From: Yuukianura sp. NJ FZ-2021
Taxonomy: Eukaryota
Direction: 5' to 3'
Length of the DNA: 64,000 bases
NCBI GenBank assembly: GCA_046563655.1
Contig: CM102290.1
Location: forward strand, 10,664,001-10,728,000
A program made the position numbers and the translations under genes. Below, one piece after another: positions 1-13,615 of the stretch (the first letter of the stretch is position 1; every line of letters begins with the position of its first letter). The notes under the pieces were generated by a model. The model was given only the letters and a program-made list of their open reading frames with translations. It was not told the DNA's origin and searched no databases.

Positions 1-1439
1 ATCAGATCATCATCTTTGTTACCCTTGACCTGCTTCTAGCAACCTCTCGATATTGTACGCACATGCGTACCGAATACTATACTAGGCGAAAGCCCGTTGC
101 CACAAAGAAATTATAACACAATTGTCTTTTCAAAATATTGACCATAACCAGAATATTGTTAAAAAAAATTGTGTTCCGTAAAAAAAGTTTAAAGCCCAAA
201 TTACTAAGAACAAATATAAAACAAAAGTTTGTGATTAAGGGGCTAAAAAAGTAGAAATTTAATTTAAAAAAGTAGAAATGGAATTTGGTTTAAGTCGTAC
301 TAAGGATTTTTATGGCCTAAAATCTACGAACATGCTTCGAACGGTGCTCCTTCAGTGGTGATTTAGTAGGGATCCAAAAACCAATTAGTCTTAAGCAACG
401 TTCTAGTAATTAGGTGTGAAATTTCACACTTCTTTGACTCTTTGATTTCCTCCATTCCTACAAAAGTTTCAAAAATTTATCAATTTTTAAGTTTTTTTTA
501 GTGGAAGTATTTTTTGAATGAACCTTTTCTTTACGGTTTTCTATGATTTTACTTTTTGTATATTTTACTTTACGGCATGACATAAAGCATGACATTTGAA
601 AACCGGAAGCTTTACCTTATACCACAACAGCTTTTGTGACATGAGTCAGAAAAATGAAACTTTTCGGTTTTGTTTGTTCGAAGTACTATGCAAAATTTTG
701 GGTTTATACGTTGACAGCAAAAGTTGTTATTCCTTGCTCACGATTTGTTCAAAGTTCCTGTCCATTTTTTAAAATTTTGAATCAATATTAATTAGAATGT
801 TAAGTTGTGTTCAAATACGGAGTCGTTAAGGGGAAACTGAAAAGTAGTCAAAAATACTGTGTAATACGTATACTAAGAAACAAGTGTTTAATTTGACTCT
901 ATTTAGGCTAGACTAGTTTTGTAGTAACAGATAGACTTTGGGCAGGTTTTGTGTTAAGTTTGTTCTTACGCAGGCGCAGGAAATAGTTAATATTTTCCTA
1001 GCTAGTAGTTTGTTCAATCGTTTCTGAAAATGTCTCAAATTTATTCCTCTTTATGATTCCAGAAAATTCCGGTCGAATAAAATCAAAAGACAATTTTCTA
1101 CTAAAATTCGTACAGTTTAAACTGCACTATTTCTGCACCATCGTCTTTCTCATCATAGCCTTTCCGTTGTTTTTTAAATTTCACCAAAAACTTTGTGTTC
1201 GATTTTGGACCTTTTTAAAAATTTTAAAACTACCTCATATTTTTCGAAATTTTGCCGGACATTAGGTCTAAAAACGGTCATTTCTAAATCTGGAGAATCT
1301 TAAGTACTCAGCCGTACTTTTTTTCACTTTTTTCAACATAATGTTATTAAATTGTGCTTAGGACAAGCACAGATTTTGATTTGAATTGGCATGTGTCACT
1401 GTTCAAAGCGATTTACAAGGAACGCTACATTTAGTTTTT

Positions 1440-2350
1440 AGAATTTCTCTCTCTTTTTAGAATTTCCCCTCCTTTCTTTTATAGCTTTCACTCGTCTCCG
1501 TCGTTCGTCAAAATGAGGAAGACAAAGTGTGGATTTGTATGAAGCACCACAGGAGACTTTTTTATTTGATACGTCCCCCCATGGAGTCAAAGTCTTTGGA
1601 GTTAAAGCAGCACTTTCCGTTTCAGTGCTCTTCTGCCTTCCAATCGCTTCAAAATCAGCGCCATGGAAACCCCACCCCCAATTGCTTCTGGAAGAACCAC
1701 CGAGGGTAGAGGTGTGCCGAGGAAATGGGGTTGATGGGGTCATTTTCCGGGAGTTTAGGTGTGAGCTATTTTCGTAAATTACATTCTAAAGGGGTGCGCT
1801 CAGTATTCTGGAACGCAGGGCCCCCCATACCGCAATGTCACGCCAAAATCATCCAGAGTTAGGTTAGGTAGTATGTGCAACAGTTAGCATTAGATAAAAT
1901 GCGAAGACGCCATTGGTCAAAAAATTGAAACCTAAAATTAGGCTAAAGCTAGGTTAGTTAGTTTGTAAATTACTGCTGAACTTTGGTTTTTATTTTATAG
2001 TCTGACCATGACCTAACATTGGAAAAACTAAAACCTAAGATGAGAGTGTAACGTTAAGTCCTGGAGCCGATTCGACTCGGAAGACTTGGTGTGTGGAACT
2101 TTAATTGCGTGGATATTGAATTTGCTTTGTGTTTTGTCTTTAGAAGGGGTGAAGTGTCCCCTTCAAAGGCCTGTGGAAGTGCGGCTCATCATGAGGAGGG
2201 TACTTGTTCTAAGTGTGAGGCGTGAAGATTTTTCGAGAGATAATTTGAATCGGTGGATCGGAAGGGAATTCCAGCCTCTGATGATGTAATTCTTCTCACA
2301 ATCAAAGGGAAGGGGTGGTTGTCAGGGAGACAAATCGTGGTAGTTGACAA
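1440..2350 (-). mobile_element. Highly degraded Tx1/L1-like APE endonuclease relic (tentative)
   Basis: Frameshifted minus-strand motifs loosely resemble LQETH, VYGP and IGGDFN in the expected order. Heavily eroded. Confidence 0.25.
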
Positions 2351-3069
2351 GTAGCAAAAAAGAGAAAGGCTTTGACAAATGCTTTCCCCTATGCTCCAGT
2401 CCTTTTTGTAATTATGAGCCTCAAGTACAGAAACTTCAATTTGAAAATATTATCCACGCAGTGTCATTCCACTTTATTAATGACACCATTTTTACTTTTA
2501 TTTTTTACAACTTAACTCGTCACGGTTGTTTTCCAACTTCGGCCGTACTTCAACCCTCAGATTTTGCCGCTGCGCCGTTTTCGAGCTATTTTTATTACTA
2601 AACACTTATAACAGTGGAAAAGAAATTTTGGGTCAGCATTTTCACTTTCACTCTTGAATAGCTTAATTTTTTTTGTCAAAATTTTAAAATTCAAATGATA
2701 GTCTCACGAAACTCAGCTTTTGAGCTTGACCTGTTTTTTCAACTTGTTGCCAGAGCAACCGAAACGACGTTCAGATCAATCCTTGTTTTCGCTTAATCGA
2801 AATGTTGTTGATGTCGATTCGAGGTCGACAACGCGATGGACTAATTCAAACAAACGTTTTGCAGCAACGCCGAACTACTTTACTTTTAGCGCTTCTAACT
2901 TTTTGGCCAAAAATCGACTGAGAACTTGACCTTTGACCTTCTATCGAAGCGAATTTTTTGGTCTCAGTGTCTGACACTTGTTCATGTAAGCAAATACGGA
3001 TCAAATGCCATGTAATATCATTCGATTTGACCTTGATGCTAACCTTTGACCTCTATTTGGTTCTATAGC

Positions 3070-3411
3070 ATGGCTCCTCCTTGGGAGAGACTTGTGGAGG
3101 ATGACGATGCACCAGAAACTGCTACTCCGCGAGCCTCGACCACGTCATTGCCAGCCAGAATTTGCAATTCTCTTCGCGAAAGCTTCTATCAGAGCTTATT
3201 TTGCTGTGGTTGCATTATTATGCCAGTTGACGAGGAAGACGAGCGAACTTCCTTCTTGGAAACAAATGAAGACGTGGCGGACGCCGAAGTCAAGGTGGCA
3301 GTGGATCATGTTGCGAAGAAAGGAGGTGGCAAAGAGCAGTGCCCAAAAACCGTGTTGAAATCAAAGTCAAACAAAAACAAGTCCAATCAAGCATCAGTTT
3401 TCAAAAATTGA
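3070..3411 (+). CDS. Small orphan protein (113 aa) with a CCxC motif; paralogue of 6160-6483
   Basis: ATG at 3070 follows acceptor tatag|c, with an upstream donor gtaagc at 2986. Translation MAPPWERLVEDD...RICNSLRESFYQSLFCCGC...KVAV aligns with the second copy. Confidence 0.75.
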   Translation: MAPPWERLVEDDDAPETATPRASTTSLPARICNSLRESFYQSLFCCGCIIMPVDEEDERTSFLETNEDVADAEVKVAVDHVAKKGGGKEQCPKTVLKSKSNKNKSNQASVFKN

Positions 3412-3609
3412 AGAAACTAATTTCGAATAAGTTTAAAAAAATTTGCTTCAGCTAAAATTATTGTTGTGAAAAATACTAGAAAACATTTGGCACTCATTGC
3501 TAAAATTTGAAATAAAATATCCAAATATATCCAGTAAATAACATGCAGTTTGAAAATTAAATTTTATTTTTATGCATAACGTGTTTAGTTAAGCTGACCT
3601 TAAAAATTT

Positions 3610-5770
3610 TATTTGAAAAAGAAAGCACTGAACTGTAAAGCCACAAATCCTAAAGCCAAGAAAAAGACTATGAACGGAATGACGTCCTGGAGAGCGGGGA
3701 AAGTTATTTCAAAGGATGGCCCACCCATTGTTGTCCCTTGACCCCCCGCGCCTCCCCCACCCCCGGGAATATTCAAATGTACTGAAAACATATTCCCCCT
3801 CCTTTCGTGGGGGCATTCAAATGGACTGAAAGCACTTCCAGATCCACGAAGCAGCGGTAGTGGATTTGATGCCAAGAACAGTTTTTTCTGCAACCGCAGC
3901 CACAACGTTCCAGCAGATTTGGTCGACTGTTGGTTAAAAAAGCGCGAGAAAAGAAATTTTGGAAATCGTCCATTGTACAAATGAGGCCAAGTGGAATGGA
4001 CTTGGCGGGAGAGAAATTCTTTTTTAGAATTTTTTTAAAGAAGGAAAAATCCATTCCTAGCCCCACGCTCTTCATCTCGTATTTTTGGATTTATTTTGTG
4101 GCTCTTCCGATTCAAATTAAAGAGCGCCAAGAGTCCATTTCAATTCACAAAAAACTGGGGGATTCATGCCTCAGTGGATATTAAACAAATGGTTATGAGA
4201 AGCATAGCTTCTATTAGAGTCAAAAGACAACAAGAATTTTGGCACTCGGTTTAAAAATCTCAATTTTTTTAGTTTTCCAGTTTTTTTCCAAATGGTGTCC
4301 CATTTTTGATGAAATGAGGACATTACTCAGCAAAGTTGCTCAAAATAATCTAAAACGTATTGCTGAATTTGCATTTCCCCCGTACTTTTACGTTATTGAT
4401 GAAAGGGATCACTTGATCTTGTCAAATGTCGAAAACTTTCGACTCTTTTGCCCTTTGACACGCGTCCCTTGCTTAATATCCAGGATTTCATTTCCGGCAT
4501 AAAGGACGCGGGAGATTCGAAGATTAAAAAACTAGCGGCGCTTCCGGAATCATTTCACCGGAAAACACTACAGCAAGGCGCTTCTGATATCATGTGTCAT
4601 ATTTGAATTCTGGCGCGAAGATTCAAATAAAAAAAACACATTCCTTCTCCTCCTCGTGCAGTATTACAATATATCGTTCAGAACCCAGCATGAACTTAAG
4701 TAATTCGCTCCAAAAACTTAAACTGTTTTAAGTTAACGTATTTTATGTTTGTTCCCCCATCGGGAGTAAGTCAGGTTGGTTTGGGGCGAGACCAATTAGG
4801 TTATATTTATATTATATAATATGTTATGTATTATATTTATATTATTTCTTATTTCGTTTTGTTTAATTGCGAATGTGTTGGAGCCAATAGGTTAAATCAT
4901 TTCACCGGAAAACACTACAGCAAGGCGCTTCTGATATCATGTGTCATATTTGAATTCTGGCGCGAAGATTCAAATAAAAAAAACACATTCCTTCTCCTCC
5001 TCGTGCAGCATACAATATATCGTTCAGAACTCAACATTAACTTAAGTAATTCGCTCCAAAAACTTAGACTATTTTAAGTTAACGTGAATTTATGTTTGTT
5101 TCCCCATCAGGAGTAAGTCAGGTTGGTTTGGGGCTAGACCAATTAGGTTATATTTATATTATATAATATGTTATGTATTATATTTATATTATTTCTTATT
5201 TCGTTTTGTTTAATTGCGAATGTGTTGGCGCAAATATGTTAGGTCATGGAGGAATTGTAATTGAAGTGTTGGGGCGTCCTGCTGGTAGTGGTTGGGGAGA
5301 AGAATGGGGAAAGCGCCTAATTAGTCCACTGAGGCGCATAGCTTCACAATTCCACTTTCTCCCCCGGAGAAAGTCGCGTTCAAATTCCTGCGTCGCGCAG
5401 CCCCACCAAAAGCTGAAGAAATGGCCGAAGGAAGGGAACTTTTCCTGGGAAGAAAGCCAAGACTCTGCCGCAGACTGCTGGAGAAACTTGGACTGTTCGG
5501 AGAGTGGTTGGAGAATTGAATTGAAACGGAAAAGAATGGAAGCCGGGAGCGGCAGAGTTTCCCTTTTCAATTTTCCTGGAAGGTTCCAAAATAAGTTTTC
5601 TTGTTCATAAGAACGCCTCTGTTTGGTCCCGTGTTGGAAGGAATCTGAGAAGCACCAAGATGCTGGATCAAGCGATGCGGAAGAATTTTCATCCGCATTT
5701 CTTCAAATATTTAATCTCAGAAACGCTTTCTTTCTTTTCGTCTCTCCTCACATCCTAAACCGTTTTCAAA
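3610..5770 (-). mobile_element. Degraded Tx1/L1-like non-LTR retrotransposon relic
   Basis: Minus-strand motifs: SSASLDP (SASRLD-like); ILFRFNSILQ..FLQQ..ESWL..FPS..WW (post-endonuclease WKFN region); ARGGEG..NLRAR (GGxG post-RT motif); DFQNFFSRAFLTNSR..CSW..FEC (C-terminal zinc-knuckle-like). Many stops and frameshifts. Confidence 0.5.
4548..5241. repeat. Tandem direct duplication, 2 x 347 bp
   Basis: AATCATTTCACCGGAAAACACTACAG... starts at 4548 and again at 4895. Copies are near-identical with scattered substitutions; the twin MYYIYIISY ORFs lie 347 bp apart. Confidence 0.95.
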
Positions 5771-6159
5771 AGAATATACAGTCATGTGGAAGTCAACAAC
5801 TGAAAAAGATTTAGCACAAAATCTGTCTTATTTTTGAGATTTTAGTTAAAAATGGTTAAATTTAAACCAATTATGATTTGAATTTAATTTTCGAATTTGG
5901 AAATCAAAAGCCTTTTTTTAGAAGGCAATTTTTTTTTAAATTAAACTGTGGCTTAAGGTACAGAAATGAAACAATTTCGAAGCATTTGCACTTTTTAGAT
6001 TTTTCCTTTATTTTCATCTCAGTAACTTAATATTTTTAAACATTAGAAAGTAATTTTTCATTTATAAAATTGCGTTTCTTAGCAGGTAAATCTTTCGATT
6101 TACAAATTTTCACTGTTTGTGTGTTGTGTAATGATGAGTTTAAGAAAGTAGTAGTAGTT

Positions 6160-6483
6160 TTAGCAGTTAGGTCGAGGCGACAGCTCAGTGGTCCAGATAT
6201 CATTGTCCCCCTTTGGCTCAGCTTGTCCTGATGTCACTTCCTGGCAAATCACTGCCACCTTTGTGTAAGTTGGAGCTTGACCTTCTCGAATCGTGACCAG
6301 GTACGTTTCTGCTTCGGGTTCTTCCTCCTCCTTTGGCAGAACCATGCACTTACAACAAAGCAAAGATTGGTAGAACCCATAACGGAGTGATTCGTAGATC
6401 CGCGACGACAACGGCACCCCAGCTGGAGGCGGTGATACTGGATCGTCCCCTTCTTCAACAAGTCGCTTCCATTGCGACGTCAT
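6160..6483 (-). CDS. Small orphan protein (107 aa) with a CCxC motif; paralogue of 3070-3411
   Basis: ATG follows acceptor gatag|g, with an upstream donor gtaagt near 6580. Translation MTSQWKRLVEEGDD...RIYESLRYGFYQSLLCCKC...KVAV. Confidence 0.75.
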   Translation of the reverse strand: MTSQWKRLVEEGDDPVSPPPAGVPLSSRIYESLRYGFYQSLLCCKCMVLPKEEEEPEAETYLVTIREGQAPTYTKVAVICQEVTSGQAEPKGDNDIWTTELSPRPNC

Positions 6484-6779
6484 CCTATCAGGTCACAAGG
6501 AGTTCAAAATTTAATGTCCAGGTCGAAGGCAAACATAAATGATGCCGCAAGTATATGACTATTTGATTAGTAATCGCTTACTTACTTGACGCAAGGAAAC
6601 AGATTACAGGAAGAACAAAACCCAACTTGGAAACCCAAAATTGCAACTCAAAAGGCAAAAACCGAAATTTGACTGACTTCCAAATTGGAAAAATTGTCCA
6701 CAAGAATGAAGAACTCACGAAGAAAACTGAATAAACAGAACTTAGAAAACCTGGATGCCGCCGGTCAAACGAATGAATC

Positions 6780-6879
6780 NNNNNNNNNNNNNNNNNNNNN
6801 NNNNNNNNNNNNNNNNNNNNNNNNNNNNNNNNNNNNNNNNNNNNNNNNNNNNNNNNNNNNNNNNNNNNNNNNNNNNNNN
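6780..6879. other. Assembly gap (100 N)
   Basis: Run of N characters. Confidence 1.
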
Positions 6880-7069
6880 TCCGTATTCTCTGGCGAATCC
6901 ACATCAACAGCCTTTTGATTAAACCAAATAAGGTTTGTTCCAAATGTCGTTTCAGTTTCCCTGACAACAAGCGATTTAGTTCAAGCGCCAAATGCAAATT
7001 CCTTTAGTTTTTGAAGAGAAAATGGGATAAAGGTATCACAAAAATATAACGTATTTTTAGAAATTTAAA

Positions 7070-7506
7070 AAAAATTCTTCATAGTTTTTGAAGGTTTTTC
7101 GCGAAGAGATTAGGTCTCTATCGCTTTCCGTTCACCAGATATAAAATTTCAAAATTTCATTTTAATTTTCAAAAACTTTGAAAATTCATATTTTGGGAAC
7201 GGAAGGTGATAGAAAGGTAAACTCTTCACTCCCGAATTCACAAGAATATGGGGTATTTTCAGAAATTTTAGGAAAGGTACCCTCTGATTTTTACAAAATT
7301 TCGAAAAAATCCATGGACCGTAAGTCCATGGGTTTTTTTGTTCAAAATTTGACGAAAAACTTTATGTTTGATTTTAGACTTTTTCCAATTTTCGAAATTC
7401 CTAAAAAATTTTCATATTTTTTGAATGTTTGTCGTAAAGAGATTAGGTATCTGTAGCTTTCCCTTCCCGAAATATGAATTTCCAAAATTTTATTTTAATT
7501 TTCAAA
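7070..7506. repeat. Degenerate direct plus inverted repeat block (foldback/MITE-like)
   Basis: A ~100-bp unit (...GAGATTAGGT.TCT.T.GCTTTCC.TTC...TTTTAATTTTCAAA) occurs at ~7070-7173 and ~7403-7506, with a partial inverted copy at ~7178-7230. Palindrome AAAAATCCATGGAC-CGTAA-GTCCATGGGTTTTT at ~7305-7340. Confidence 0.55.
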
Positions 7507-8299
7507 TTATCCCTATTATTATCTCTTATTAAGTAGTATTCTATTTAGCTTGGGGTAAAACAGGTTCCAATGGTAGTCAGAAACTCATGCTGTCTTTCTA
7601 TCCGGTTGTCAATCAAACCGTGGACTATGAGAGTAAAATTTGTATTTTTATTTTCAGTTTTTTTTCAAAGAAATGGCTCAGAATTCTTTAAAAGGAATGT
7701 TTCTTTTTAATAGGTGGGAATTGCTGGAGAAAGGAAATTATTACATTTCCGCTTCACTGGAGGCATTGTCATCTTCTGTCAAGGAAGATTGAATCGCTTC
7801 TGAGTCAGTCAAAAAGGGGTTTAGGACTGCAACTGATACATTTGTACGGAAATGAGTTTCGACTCATACACACGTGACCTTTGACCCTGAGACTCGTTCA
7901 TGCGTGATCTTTGGTGCCCTCTGCGAGGAGATAAAGCAGCTTAGGATTAATGAAAAGAAGTGAAAGTCAATCGTCTCTTTAGTTTTTCCATTCGATGCAC
8001 TTGATTGCTAATGAACCAAGCAAAGCTTTCAAACTGGCCAAACAATTCAAGCTGACCTTGACCTCTGGCTGCAAAAATTTACCTCTGATTCTTACGCTAA
8101 TTATATTGATTATGCTAAAAATGATAAAGCACCATTTTTTGAAAAAAAAAAATGCCGCCCTGTAGTTTCGCCAAAATTCAGGGAAGTGACATCAGTCTTT
8201 CGCAAACTTGCTGCATAAATTTCGTTTGAAAACAAAGTTCGCAAACGTTTCAACTTAAATTTCCAACCATTTCAAAATTTCGAAACTCTGAGTCGAAAA

Positions 8300-8930
8300 T
8301 TTGGCTGGTTGAGGCTAATCATTTTAGAAGTTGATGAAAACTTGAGTTCAAGCTGCTCTGAAAGTCTGCAGACGGAATGAGAAACTTTTTGGCACAAAAC
8401 CTTGTGCAAACTTTTGCAAACAGGTTCATGTAAGAAACTCATCTTCATAATCATCTTCCGCTGCGTTGCGCACTCCAGCGTCATTCTGCATACGTCTACT
8501 GCCGTTCGCTCGTTATAAAAGCACCACCAACTTTCTCTTCTTTTTTGGGTCGAAATTGCATTTGAAATTTCCCGGCACAACTCATATCCCTCTTTCATTG
8601 ACTCGCTTTCCACGTGACTGGAGTCGAATAGGAGCTCAATTCCTTCAAAAAAAAAAAGCCTTTGTTTGATTCTTGAGTCGACACGAAGCGGATATTGAGC
8701 CCTTGGATTCCAGGAAATACGCTCTTCAACTATGTCTTTTTAATATAGAATTCAATACACACAAAAGACACATCATCCTCAGACCCACCACCCTCCCAAG
8801 TCTCATTATCTCCCCCTCCAGCCCCTCCAAATGGTGGCTCTGCCCCGCCATGTCTACCCTGTTGAAGTCCTGAGCCACCATTTCAGCTCCACCAACCTCC
8901 TTGTCATAACCGGTCGTCACCCTTTGACTT
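8300..8930 (-). mobile_element. Tx1/L1-like endonuclease C-terminal relic
   Basis: In the correct order on the minus strand: VAQDFNRV (GDFN-like), YF..G.SASCRL (SASRLD-like), RRESWWCFYNER (GYWKFN-like). Confidence 0.5.
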
Positions 8931-11900
8931 CAAAATTTAAATAAATGGAAATCAAATGCGAAAATCATGAGGAAAGCACTTAGCTTGTTAGTCGTCACGC
9001 ATCTTCCACTTCTGTTGCTTTCTTCAACAGTTTGGTGCTAATGCGAATCTGATTGGACGGAGGGCTATGTTTTTTAAGTTAGAATGCGTTTGGTTATGTT
9101 TCACAACCTAAATAGATTAATCTAACCAAATGGAAGTGATGCTAGAACGGCAACGTGAGTTAAAGTGAAAGCTGGGAGACGGTTTGAATCTTTTAGAGAA
9201 CAAAAATTTTGTGAAAGGAGTTACTTTACAAAAAAAAAGTGTTACTTTAAGACAAGAAAACATAACTTTAAGATGAAAAATGTTGAGTTAGGCTGAGAAA
9301 TGTTAGGTTAAGATGAAAAATGTTAGGGTAGGGGTGGGACGGAGGTTGTGTGACTTGCGGGAGGCAGTAAATAATGATTCTGGTCCAATGTTCCGGAATT
9401 GATCAGGGTTTAATTAGATGGTGATCTGGAAGAACCAAAGGAAGATCAATCATTCGTTCCGTCCCGCACAGTTTCCGCCTCACCCGTCGTTTGACCTCTG
9501 ATTTTGGGCTGAGCACCCGCCAAAGTTCAAATGATTCAAACGACCTTACACGGGATTCTTCTGTTCATTGTTGATTTACAAAATGAAAACAGTTTTTGAA
9601 AAAGAGCCGCACGTGAACCGCTGACAAATGATTATGCCATGGCCAGAAAACTGCCAGAACGGTTTTTCAAAAACTGATAAAGTCATCACCATTAGATACA
9701 CACACGCGACACATCGGTCGCAGCAATTCGATCCGAATCACGCAAATTATGATTAGAGCAACGCTTTCATAAATTAGGTTGTAAAAAATTTCGACTCGCT
9801 TTTTGAAAAAAAAAATTGGTCCAATTAGAAATTTGTTCCGCCTCGTTCAGTTTCCGAACGAAGAAAAATCAAAGCCAATGTCAGATTTTTTTTGTGCAAA
9901 TAATTTTAAAGGTTGATTAGCTTTTTGAAAAAAAAAAAACATTTGAATACATTTTGAAATCTTCCAGTTTTCAAATTTCAGGTTTTTTTTGTGAATATTT
10001 TTTTTTCAAAATAAGGTATCTATTCGGTGTCTTTTCTTAAGTTCGGTCTTACAGATTTCTAATCCTTGCGGGCCCTTAAGTCCTTAGACTTTTGGGCGTG
10101 AGTCTTTGAAGACTTCCGAATGGAAGGGTGTGGGCCCTTTTCAAAAACTGGTTGATGATCCAGCTATTGATCTGACATCGATAGGCTCAAAAGACTCAGT
10201 TTTCAAAAAGATTTTAAAAACAGCCTAACTTAAGCTCAAAGTTAGGCTAACCTTAACCTAACTTTTGAACAAGAAGCGCCGAGAAGCTGAGCTTTGCTAG
10301 CGGAATTTGTGTTTGAGACGGAAGCGGCTCAAGCCGGTTGAATTTTAAGCCGTTCGAAATGGCGGCAGTTTTTGAACCTTTGCGTTTTTGGAACGAGAAA
10401 AGATTTGAAAGGATTACGCGAGAAGTCCATTAAGAGAACCTGTCTTCACCTGCCCCAGAACATTCCCACCGCCTAACCTCACTTTAACTCATTGTCATCT
10501 TATAAACAAAAGTAATGCTAGAATTTTGAAATTGAATCCAAAAATTTTGGAATTTTTAAAATCCAGTGTCACTTTTAAAGAAAAAGTGCTGGAATCAATA
10601 TCTATTGTACTATTTTCTGTATTTTCCATCACGATGTTGATCATGCTTGACAAGAGATCTATTTTTGACAAGAATAAATCCAGCGTGAATTCTCAAAATT
10701 TCCCGGGGAAAGCTCGGAGTGGTTTGCTGTAATTCTTGGATGGGAGCAGAACCACATGCTAAACAAAAACAATCAAGCGCTGCTAGGCTATGGGTAGACT
10801 GAAAATTATTTAGTTAACAAATAGCGCAACCCAACAGTAACAGTTCAAATTTTTTTTTGCTAAAGTAGAATTAAAAAAAAAATAATTTGAGGCCACTATA
10901 AGTCCAGCAACCAAAAATAGAATCGAGAAGGATTCAAATCATCAAACAACAAAAGTGTCAAAACTATCTAATTTTATTTGGTTTTGTTGTTGACATTTTT
11001 GTAAACTTGTATTGTATACCTTCCCGGGACTCCAAGCTGTGACACTGACACTATTTTGTAGAAGTGATGGACCCTACTGCTGACCCTGTGAAGGTTCTTT
11101 GTCATCGAAATTGGTATTTGATGATCAGGGTCTCAAGCTACCCCAGGCTTAGTCTAAGGGCCCAGGGTCCCTTGCCTATTCTCAAGAATTGTCTGATCCC
11201 TGAGGATTTTGCGCATTTTCTTCAAGTCCTCCCACCCGCCGTGTTCTACTCCATTCAAAATCATTGGCGCTCAAACATAAAATTCAAACAATTCATTGTG
11301 GGAACTTTTGAATTCTGGAGTGCTCTGGACGTATTATGTTAGAAGTTCTGAGTCCATTGTTGTTCCAACATCGAGTCAAGAGGACTTAGGACAAAAAGGC
11401 GAAAAAGAAGGAGGACAAAACGGCGAAAGTTTGAATATGGGTACTTGAGTCTAGAGACTTAAGGGACACAATTAGAAGCTCAACGGATCCCACTACAGGA
11501 GAACTTTCCCTCTTCAGATTTTCAAAGGATCCAGGAACAATGGAAAGAGCATGAGGATTCATGAACTTCGGAGGATCTTAAGAAGACAATGGAATCGGAA
11601 GAGGATTCTGTCGTTCTGCTGAAGGGTGGACCAAGGGGGGTCCCTTCAAGGGTTTTCCCATCAATAGCTCAACTAACACAACACTCACAACAAACATTAG
11701 CTTAACTATGGAAAGACTTAAGTGGACAGACCATAACAATCATCGGCTCCACCTCCTTCCACCTTTCACTCAAAATCTATCCAAGTTCTGTTGAAATCGT
11801 ACTAATAAGTTACTACTAGTTAGTCAATAACTTTAACCAAACCTAACTAACATGGCTAATCAGTCTTCAATTAACATAAATCAACCTTAATCCAGATTGT

Positions 11901-13615
11901 CCTAACCGGAGTTTATTTGGCAAAAGTTTTATGGCAATTTTGCACAATAGTTTTCTTTTTTCAAAAAAAAAATTCTTGCTATTTTTGAATATAAAGGTTA
12001 TTTATCTCTTTCTTTTTAGTTTTTTTTTTCTGAATTGCCCAAGGTCTTCTGCCGCTAAAATTTAAATTCCATTTTGGTTTGGCGGTTATTATTTACTGTA
12101 ATAATTGTGTTTTTGGTGGCTTTGAAGTTTTTCCAATTTGAGTTTTAGGTTTGGGGAGTTTGGAGTTCATTTGGTTTTCCTGATTAGAACTTCAAATGCA
12201 ATCATGATGAAGTGGTTCTTCTGAGGGTTCTTTTGCCGCCACTTTCCCCACGTAATAGAATCTTCCTTCTTACGATAAACTAAAACCAAACAACCTACAC
12301 ATCACTTCCAGGGAAAACTTTCTTCAAGGGGGCAGGGGGACTTGAAGAGGGGGAGCATAGGAGGGGGAGATGACTTCAAATCCTACAAATCCAATCCAAT
12401 TGTTTCCCATTCCATTTCTACTTTCTCTTTGCTGCTCTTCGCAAAGTAATCGCTTATAACTTTTGCCCAGAAAGTCAGCGGTGGGTCCAAAATTGCATTA
12501 AGTCTCAATGGACTTGTAATGAAATTCCTTCCCAAAAAAATGTCAAAAAACGAAAAGGCATAAAAAAATAAAAGAAAATTGGTCATGAGTTACAATGTTA
12601 CAAAGATGATCATCAGTATTACATGTTGTATTGCTTGCGGTGATCTTGTAGTCTTGCGGCTACCAATTATCAGAGCGCTACAAATGAAATTATGTTATGC
12701 AAAAAGTACGTAAAAACTCTAAACAATGCTTTCTAAACTTCTTGAAAGAACGGAAAACTCTTGAAAATAACATTTTGAAAATTGCGATTATTATTATTAT
12801 TATTATTTTTGTAGTAATTGATCTTCTTGGATTTCCTATTTTTTACACGGAAAACGTTAGTCAGGTAAAACTTATCATGGTTTAAAAAATTTCGAAGAAT
12901 TAGTAATTAAATTTGCATTTGATATAATTAGAATGTTTACGCTGTAGATAAGTTTAATTCTGAAAACGGAAAACTTTTGTAAATTAGTAAACATGAAACG
13001 TAGGAAAAGTGAAAGTGAAAATGACGCTGCTGTATTCCGCGATTGTAAAAGTGATGTCTGAGCGACATCGAGCGAATAAAAATAAAAATTTTGAAATTCA
13101 AAGAAGTGAAAAACGAAAGTATTGGAGGGAAATCACGAGTCATCTGTTTTTGATTTTTTTTTCGAAAATGAAAAGATAGGAAAAGTTCCATTTCCCAAAG
13201 CAACACAGCTACCACATACATCCAACTGGTACGGGAAGAACCACCATATGCAAGTTTGTAGTACTTAATTTAAACTTACAACACATTGACAGAAATTTAA
13301 CAAGCATTTGTTATAAGTGATTTTTATAATAAACTGCCTGAGTTAACTTAGTTTAATAGAGTTTACAACTAACGCTTATGTTTTGTTATGCTTTGGATGC
13401 CCAGCTATGATTGCTTTTGGGTGGGTGGTAGTCGTGAGTTTCGGAAGTAAAAATTTGTTGTTCCGCTTTTACATCTTTGAGGTTGACGATGGTTTGTAAC
13501 TGGACGTAAATTTTGATTTTTGTTTTTGTTTTTTACCAGTTGAACCAAGGTTAAATCAATCGTTTACTAATTAGTACGATAATAAATTGATCGGTAGTTT
13601 AGGTGGCTGGTGACA

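Noticed and set aside
6578..6997. ORFs spanning 6.6-7.0 kb
   Set aside because: Artefacts of translating through the N gap.
11040..12400. Possible further retroelement endonuclease relic on the minus strand
   Set aside because: Only very weak motif echoes (QENQ, PGSF, IFKL); too degraded to support.
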